This document shows positions 16,653-21,854 of a stretch of DNA of 21,854 nucleotides, one piece after another; the stretch's first letter is position 1, and every line of letters begins with the position of its first letter. The notes under the pieces were generated by a model, which did no database searches, was not told the DNA's origin, and saw nothing but the letters and a program-made list of their open reading frames with translations. The stretch covers positions 1 through 21,854 of the forward strand of contig CAVZJV010000002.1 in assembly GCA_963775685.1 (NCBI GenBank), given 5' to 3'. A program made the translations under genes and the position numbers. This DNA comes from Candidatus Bathyarchaeota archaeon. GTDB taxonomy: Archaea; Thermoproteota; Bathyarchaeia; Bathyarchaeales; Bathycorpusculaceae.

Positions 16653-17363
16653 TTGAAACCTAAGAAGTAGGTTCTTGTTTTAGTGGTTGGATATGTGTTC
16701 TCTTTGCAGGCGTAGAGCTATTTGTCGCTTGGAATGGAGGTGTGACCACTGGTTTAATTGGGAACTCAGAGGGGGCAACAATTACTAATGTTCGATTTGT
16801 TGAGGGCGCTCCCACAGGCGACATGATAAAAATAACGATTAAAAACACTGATAATAGCGTGGTGACTATTCAGGAAGGTTACGCGAATGAAACCAAGGCT
16901 TCCAACATAAGTCCCACGCAACCGATCATTGTCAAAGGTTTTTCTTAAGAATTAACTTTGACATATCCAAACAGCACCTTAGTCTATGGAACCCAATGTC
17001 AAGTGAAGCTAACAACCGCCCAAAGGCACTGACATAGTTTATTTATTGACATACGACTCAACAAGTACTTCACTATATGACCCACTGGTAGACGATGTTG
17101 TTTCAACTCCGAGACCGCTTCAAGCCTATGAATTAACTCCCCAACCGAAATTAAGTTCATTTCAAGTTATGGTTTTATGCACGACTTCAGTTGTAGCGGC
17201 AATTGCTGCTGTAGGTGTTTGCTTACTCGCGAATTATATGCTTCATCCCAGGAATAGAAAAGAGCTTTGTGTGTTGCTTTTTTTTGTTACTATAATTGTT
17301 GCATTCACCATAATAGCCGTAGTATTTTCCATAATCTTTCCGCCACAAATTGGGCTAATGTAA
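16653..17363 (+). pseudogene. Decayed gene: archaeal pilin-like globular domain plus two C-terminal TM helices
   Basis: Pieces join as MKPKK*VLVLVVG / ICVLFAGVELFVAWNGGVTTGLIGNSEGATITNVRF..IKNT..VTI..KGFS*ELTLTY..QVKLTTA / KGTDIVYLLTYDS and continue into ORF 17046-17363. Stops at 16668 and 16946 plus two frameshifts. Confidence 0.6.
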
Positions 17364-17570
17364 CAGTTAGAGTTTCAAAGATTACGACTTCGTTTGACAG
17401 GAAACAATTTCTATTACTTTGAATTAGCCATTTCAGCCTGCCTGCAAAGTTTTAAATGCCTAACACTTTGGATCAGAATCCTATAATTTGGGGGATTAAG
17501 AAACGACTGAAAGAATTAATTGTAAGGCTGAGATTGCAGCAAGAACAGAAGTCCTTGTTGAGGTTTTAAA

Positions 17571-18056
17571 ATGAAGGGAGTAGTCGTCTACGACACCTCG
17601 CACGGAAACACAAAGAAAATAGCAGAACACTCGCAGAAACACTAAAAGCATCTAAAATAAACGTTGACCTCTTTGACGTGAAAGAAGTAAAAAAGTTAAG
17701 CACAATCGACTACAATTTCCTAGTTCTTGGGTCTCCAACTAAATTTGGTACCATGAGTTTTGCAATCAAATTCTTTCTTAGGCAAAGTGAAGAGCGAGGA
17801 ATGGATGAACAAGTCTTTCGCCGCTTTTGACACTGAAAATCCTAAAAACGTTGAGAGGACACGCGTAGAGAATAAAGAATGGAGGGCCGCCGAAAAGATC
17901 GTCGCGAAACTCAAAGAAAAGAAGATGAAGCAATTGTTGCCCGTTCTGAATGGTCTTGTGTTGGGGCAAAAGGGACCACTTGTAGAAGGAGAATTTGATC
18001 GAACAAAAATCTATGCAAATGAGCTGGCAACTAAACTGAAGGAAGAAAAAGCCTGA
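17571..18056 (+). pseudogene. Flavodoxin-family protein with two frameshifts (near 17627 and 17775)
   Basis: MKGVVVYDTSHGNTKKIAE (FMN loop), then LAETLK..YNFLVLGSPTKFG in a second frame, then KSFAAFDT..KGPLVEGE of ORF 17760-18056. GAGG upstream of the ATG. Confidence 0.85.
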
Positions 18057-18108
18057 AGGTTCCAAGAAACACAAAGCTTTGCTGTTTTTATGAAGAAGGG
18101 GAGGTAAA

Positions 18109-18545
18109 ATGTCCAAAGGTGAAAATCGGTTTTCCGACTACTTCGCTTAGAACGAACGCATCATATTAGTGCTGTCCTTATTCTGCGGGTTCCTCTTTAC
18201 ATCAATTTCCTTCCTTCTGACCACATTTCAAAATAGAGGAGGACTACTTGGGCAAACCACAATCCTATTCCTTACTCTGGTTTTTTACTCCTCGTTGCAT
18301 ACACTTTAAACAATCTTAAAGTGCCTTCCACTTATCAAAAATATTTCACCATTAACACTAAAAATTCGCCCCTTCTTCAACCTGCTACTGATTTTTTTTA
18401 TCTCTTTTGAACCTCTAAGACCTGTAACTATCTAGCTTCGATTTGTGGAATTGTTTGGGTATCACTGGTGGTAATGCGCATCAACATAAGCGGCAAGCGC
18501 TTCTACAAACAATCCGTTGCAAGAAAATGGAAAAAAGAAACTTAG
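18109..18545 (+). pseudogene. Decayed small multi-pass membrane protein
   Basis: GGAGGT SD and ATG 18109: MSKGENRFSDYFA*NERIILVLSLFCGFLFTSISFLLTT..QTTILFLTLVFY. Later hydrophobic segments lie in other frames, ending LASICGIVWVSLVV..RKWKKET*. Confidence 0.55.
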
Positions 18546-18862
18546 CCCTCAGGAACTCTCAGGTTTAGCCAGGTTTGCCATGACAGGTTTAAGCAGATGG
18601 AAACAGCAGATGAAAAGATTTTTGTTGCTCTTTTAACTTGGTCTCCAACAGAAGATGATGATGCTGATGATGAGGCGAGTGAATTTTGCTCAACAGTTCT
18701 CATCTTTCGAATTAAACCCAAATTGTTCAATTTGACCCTCTTTTGCGTGGAGAGTAAAATTTCCTATTTAATCTGTCTATTTTTTAACTTTAATGTTATG
18801 TTTAGAATTATAAAAAATGATAAAAAACCGTCGTTCGCAGCGGTTTTAACTGGATGATTTGA

Positions 18863-18991
18863 TTATTGGCTATCTACTAGATGAGCAGTGCCGTCTGGAC
18901 AGAATACTTTTTCTCCCAGAGTTACTTTTGCATAGCGACGTTTGCATTCGTGGAGTTGTTTTTCGCATCCGTCACAATCGCGGGATAACAT
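18863..18991 (-). CDS. 42-aa Cys-rich micro-protein, not in the ORF track
   Basis: MLSRDCDGCEKQLHECKRRYAKVTLGEKVFCPDGTAHLVDSQ*; AGGTGA SD 9 nt upstream. Confidence 0.65.
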   Translation of the reverse strand: MLSRDCDGCEKQLHECKRRYAKVTLGEKVFCPDGTAHLVDSQ

Positions 18992-19009
18992 CTTTTCATT
19001 TCACCTTAA

Positions 19010-19025
19010 TATGACACGTGTCATA
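19010..19025. promoter_or_regulatory. Perfect 16-bp palindrome in a divergent intergenic region; putative operator
   Basis: TATGACACGTGTCATA between 18991(-) and 19110(+). Confidence 0.55.
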
Positions 19026-19109
19026 ACTTGCTTATACACATTTCTAAACAACAGACCACAGCAATGTTAATAACCCAATAAACCGCTTAACCATACTGGC
19101 GTAATTTTT

Positions 19110-19757
19110 TTGTCAAGTCCTATCGACGTAGTCCTTTGTTTTCACAACGCATTTAGAAAAGATATAGCACAGATAGATACCACAGCCCTTAACACAGCCC
19201 GTAGCGGCGGAAATCTATTGCCAGTTTTGAATCGGCTACATTCCATGGATGAACTCTTGGATTACCATGCAAGAGGAGAGGAAGCTGCAGTTTTTCCCGC
19301 AATCGACAACGTGGCGCCCCTCGTAGCAAGGGCGTACTTGATGGATCATCGAGAACTCGACAAAATGATCGAATCTCTGGAGGCTATGCGGCTACAAAAA
19401 TCACCCGACCCACTCCAAGCGGCCAGAGCTACAGCTGTTCTAAATTCGCACCTCCGCATTCATTTAGACAAAGAGGACGCTCACCTCTACCCAATTCTAA
19501 GAGAGAAAACAACATTTAGCCAACAGATTGCAATTGGAGGAATTATGTCAAGCAAGATTCCGCCTGATCGGTTCCCCGCAGCGATTGCGTGGCTGATGCC
19601 CCTGCTTAACCTAAACGACCAAGTAACGGTTACTAGGGGCTGGAGGACATTTATGCCTGCGCAGATTTTTACAAGCGTCAAACCGCTCATAAAAAATGCT
19701 GTTGCCGAAGGCTGGGACGCAATTGCGCAACGAATCCCAGAATTAAACGACAAATAA
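19110..19757 (+). CDS. Hemerythrin/HHE cation-binding domain protein
   Basis: H-HxxxE-H-HxxxE ligands: FHNAFR, YHARGEE, MDHRE, IHLDKED; TTG start. Confidence 0.88.
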   Translation: MSSPIDVVLCFHNAFRKDIAQIDTTALNTARSGGNLLPVLNRLHSMDELLDYHARGEEAAVFPAIDNVAPLVARAYLMDHRELDKMIESLEAMRLQKSPDPLQAARATAVLNSHLRIHLDKEDAHLYPILREKTTFSQQIAIGGIMSSKIPPDRFPAAIAWLMPLLNLNDQVTVTRGWRTFMPAQIFTSVKPLIKNAVAEGWDAIAQRIPELNDK

Positions 19758-19965
19758 ACAGACTGTTTTACGGGTCAATGTTTTCTTCTCTTAGCCAACA
19801 AAGCCACTCAAAATACGGGTAAGGTCTGCCTGAAAGAAGAAAAAATAGTTTTAAAAATACAGAACAACTAGAACAACCGTCTTGTTACTAAGAGCAATCC
19901 AACGTAGTACCGGCCTCGCTATTCATCGATAACTATTTAAGTTATCCTTACTGCATTTTATCAAG

Positions 19966-20196
19966 GTGTTTTTATTGGAAATTGAAAGAAAAAATGTGGA
20001 CCACTCTAAATCCATAGAAAAAGCTACTCAAAGTATCGCTGACACAGTCCTTGCAATAATGGATAAACTTGCCGGAAAAGAATCAGACCTTAAACTTAGC
20101 TTCGAGGACTTAACTCTTGATATGGGTATGTTTAAGACGAAACTTAACGGTGCGATTGTTTTAGACATAGTTTACGCCAAAGAAGCAAAACCTTAG
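19966..20196 (+). CDS. Small hypothetical protein (start may be TTG 19975)
   Basis: 76-aa ORF, AGGTG SD, co-oriented with the next gene. Confidence 0.65.
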   Translation: MFLLEIERKNVDHSKSIEKATQSIADTVLAIMDKLAGKESDLKLSFEDLTLDMGMFKTKLNGAIVLDIVYAKEAKP

Positions 20197-20217
20197 CCAT
20201 TCTAAGAGCAACAAAGG

Positions 20218-20637
20218 ATGTCCTTCGTAACTGTAATAGGTGAGATGTTAGAATCAGGAAAAGTCACAGTATCTGCCAATAACGTTAAAGCCATAGAAAT
20301 CAGAGCTGCTAACAAAAACATCGAAATCACCGCCATCGACAAGGAAATTATAAAACAAACCCTTGCAGCCGCGAGCGGTGGAAAAAAGAGCAAAGGAAGA
20401 CTTGGACGTATAAGGGGAACCGTTGACCAAATTAAAACCGCCCGAAGCAAGCTTAGTCAACTCAAACAGGTGGCCGAAGAACTATCTGAGTCAGGCATCA
20501 CTGTTACGCTCTCGTATGGGGGCAATGTTGTTGTTACGATGGGTTCTCAAGCAAAGCCTAAACTGTCAAGCGGAGCAACAGGAACAAAAGCTATAGAAAT
20601 AAACAGTCCACGAAAGCTAATAGAACTGGGCATCTAA
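20218..20637 (+). CDS. Hypothetical protein
   Basis: 139-aa ORF with protein-like composition, 21 nt after the previous stop and followed by a T-rich tract. Confidence 0.72.
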   Translation: MSFVTVIGEMLESGKVTVSANNVKAIEIRAANKNIEITAIDKEIIKQTLAAASGGKKSKGRLGRIRGTVDQIKTARSKLSQLKQVAEELSESGITVTLSYGGNVVVTMGSQAKPKLSSGATGTKAIEINSPRKLIELGI

Positions 20638-20909
20638 CTAAACACAAAATATTCCTTTAAAAGGAAATTCTTTTTAAAATAAGTTGAGACTGGAGACAAA
20701 GTCTATGACCATAGAACAAAGGAAAAGAAAGCTTGGACAGTACTTGATAAGAGGTATCAACTATTATTTGACGAGGAACTTTGCTTTCCTAACACATTAT
20801 TTGAAGATTTTTCTTTCTAGAAAGTGGGCTGAAGTGATTGAGCCCTTGCTGAATTCAGATAGATTTATTAATTTTTCATGTTTATCTCAAGGAAAGGTCC
20901 TCCAATAAA

Positions 20910-21152
20910 ATGGACAAAATAAAAAAAGCAGATCAAAAGCTACCGTTTGTTGTTTGCGATTGTGGCTTCAAATTGATCGTAATTCCAGATCTGGATGAAA
21001 TGGCGCGTAGCATCGAAGCGCACGCAACAACACATAGCAATGACGAATTTGAACCGGAGAAGGCGGAAGCCGAGTATTGCCGAATCGAAGAGCTGCTATC
21101 AAACAAAGTGCTTATAGAAATTGCCAAAAGAAATAGTAATCAATTTAAATAA
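20910..21152 (+). CDS. Small C2H2-like Zn-binding protein
   Basis: VCDCG..IPDLDEMARSIEAHATTH (CxC...HxxxH). Confidence 0.7.
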   Translation: MDKIKKADQKLPFVVCDCGFKLIVIPDLDEMARSIEAHATTHSNDEFEPEKAEAEYCRIEELLSNKVLIEIAKRNSNQFK

Positions 21153-21348
21153 AAACTTACACGAATTTTACCAATAGACAATTCTTAGGAATGCGTCATG
21201 TCAATCAAATTAGTCTCCTTTCAATCTTCTTAATTGAGAGATAACAAAGCGGTATATGCCGTTTTTACAAAAATTGTCAATGTGCATAAGACTCAAAATG
21301 CAAGAGCTTAAATAAATCTTAAGACTTAAAAGGTGAACGGTTGCAGCT

Positions 21349-21612
21349 ATGCCGCATAGTACGCTGAAGAATTATATGGACATTGCTAAAACGGTAAATG
21401 ATCACGGTCCTTTAAATGTCTACGACTTAGCTGATCATTCTTAAAAGTTAATCCCTCCTCTTTGAAAGCCCATTTAAACTTCCTTATCACTCAACGAAGC
21501 GATCGGGGGAAAAGGCCAGAACTCCATCCCAAGTTACATCATCACTGAACGCGGTATTGAAATTTTAAAGTTCTTCAAGGTTCAACCTTTAATAAAGGTT
21601 ACAATTAATTAA
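21349..21612 (+). pseudogene. Frameshifted archaeal winged-helix transcription regulator
   Basis: Pieces: MPHSTLKNYMDIAKTVNDHGPLNVYDLA / VNPSSLKAHLNFLITQ / SYIITERGIEILKFFK. The YxITxRG wing motif is typical of small archaeal wHTH proteins. AGGTGA upstream. Confidence 0.7.
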
Positions 21613-21854
21613 ATCTACTACGATTTTATTTTTTGTTCTTCTCGCTGATCCGCATTAGCCTGATTTCATTTGGATTTCTTACAATCAAAGATTGTCCACA
21701 TCTTATTGATTAAAGAATGTACGATAAAGCTTGCATTCTCTGGATGACCCTGATGTGCATGTTGAAAAAGGGAGGCTGTGTTGTGTTTTGTTTCCTCATC
21801 ATTTAGACAGGTTTTAAGTAATGGAAAACGGAAGACGGTTTATTTATTCTTAAA

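Noticed and set aside
17488-17500. TTGGGGGATTAAG as an end-motif copy
   Set aside because: Only the left half-site is present.
8517-18150. In-frame TAG codons at 8517, 16668 and 18148 as evidence of pyrrolysine/amber recoding
   Set aside because: These genes are also truncated, frameshifted or have TAA stops, and TAG is the normal stop for ppk2, the transposase and 19966-20196.
16286-21127. ORFs 16286-16471, 16660-16848, 17720-17914, 17778-18116, 18542-18730, 18597-18857, 19487-19753, 20202-20450, 20254-20460, 20684-20908 and 20933-21127
   Set aside because: Overlap better-supported genes on the opposite strand, or lack SD, motifs and protein-like composition.

Overview
AT-rich archaeal accessory region, most likely Bathyarchaeia. 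That lineage call is inference from PEF-CTERM-type VPEF-TM-basic tails, GAGGTGA Shine-Dalgarno motifs, leaderless TATA spacing and recalled gene families. Order along the window: (1) a complete IS1182-family element (3-1672) with a frameshifted transposase; (2) five tandem surface or secreted protein genes, three with PEF-CTERM tails, sharing short promoter and 3' repeats; (3) a ~3.2 kb segment (6518-9697) bounded by near-perfect 30-31 bp inverted repeats that begin GGGAT and contain a GATTA-N5-TAATC palindrome; (4) a third and possibly fourth copy of that end motif at 10446 and 15207; (5) scattered genes including a YkgJ-type Cys-cluster protein, S53 peptidase, PPK2, hemerythrin-domain protein and small Zn-binding proteins, plus several frameshifted or decayed genes. 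The 6518-9697 segment carries a 3' fragment of a solo Cas1-like gene, a HEPN-motif protein, membrane proteins and three Lys-rich micro-ORFs. It is the best candidate for a novel system: a non-autonomous or deleted casposon-like element, or a cassette system with alternately oriented sites. No rRNA, tRNA or CRISPR array was seen. All family calls come from motif recognition by eye; no database search was run.
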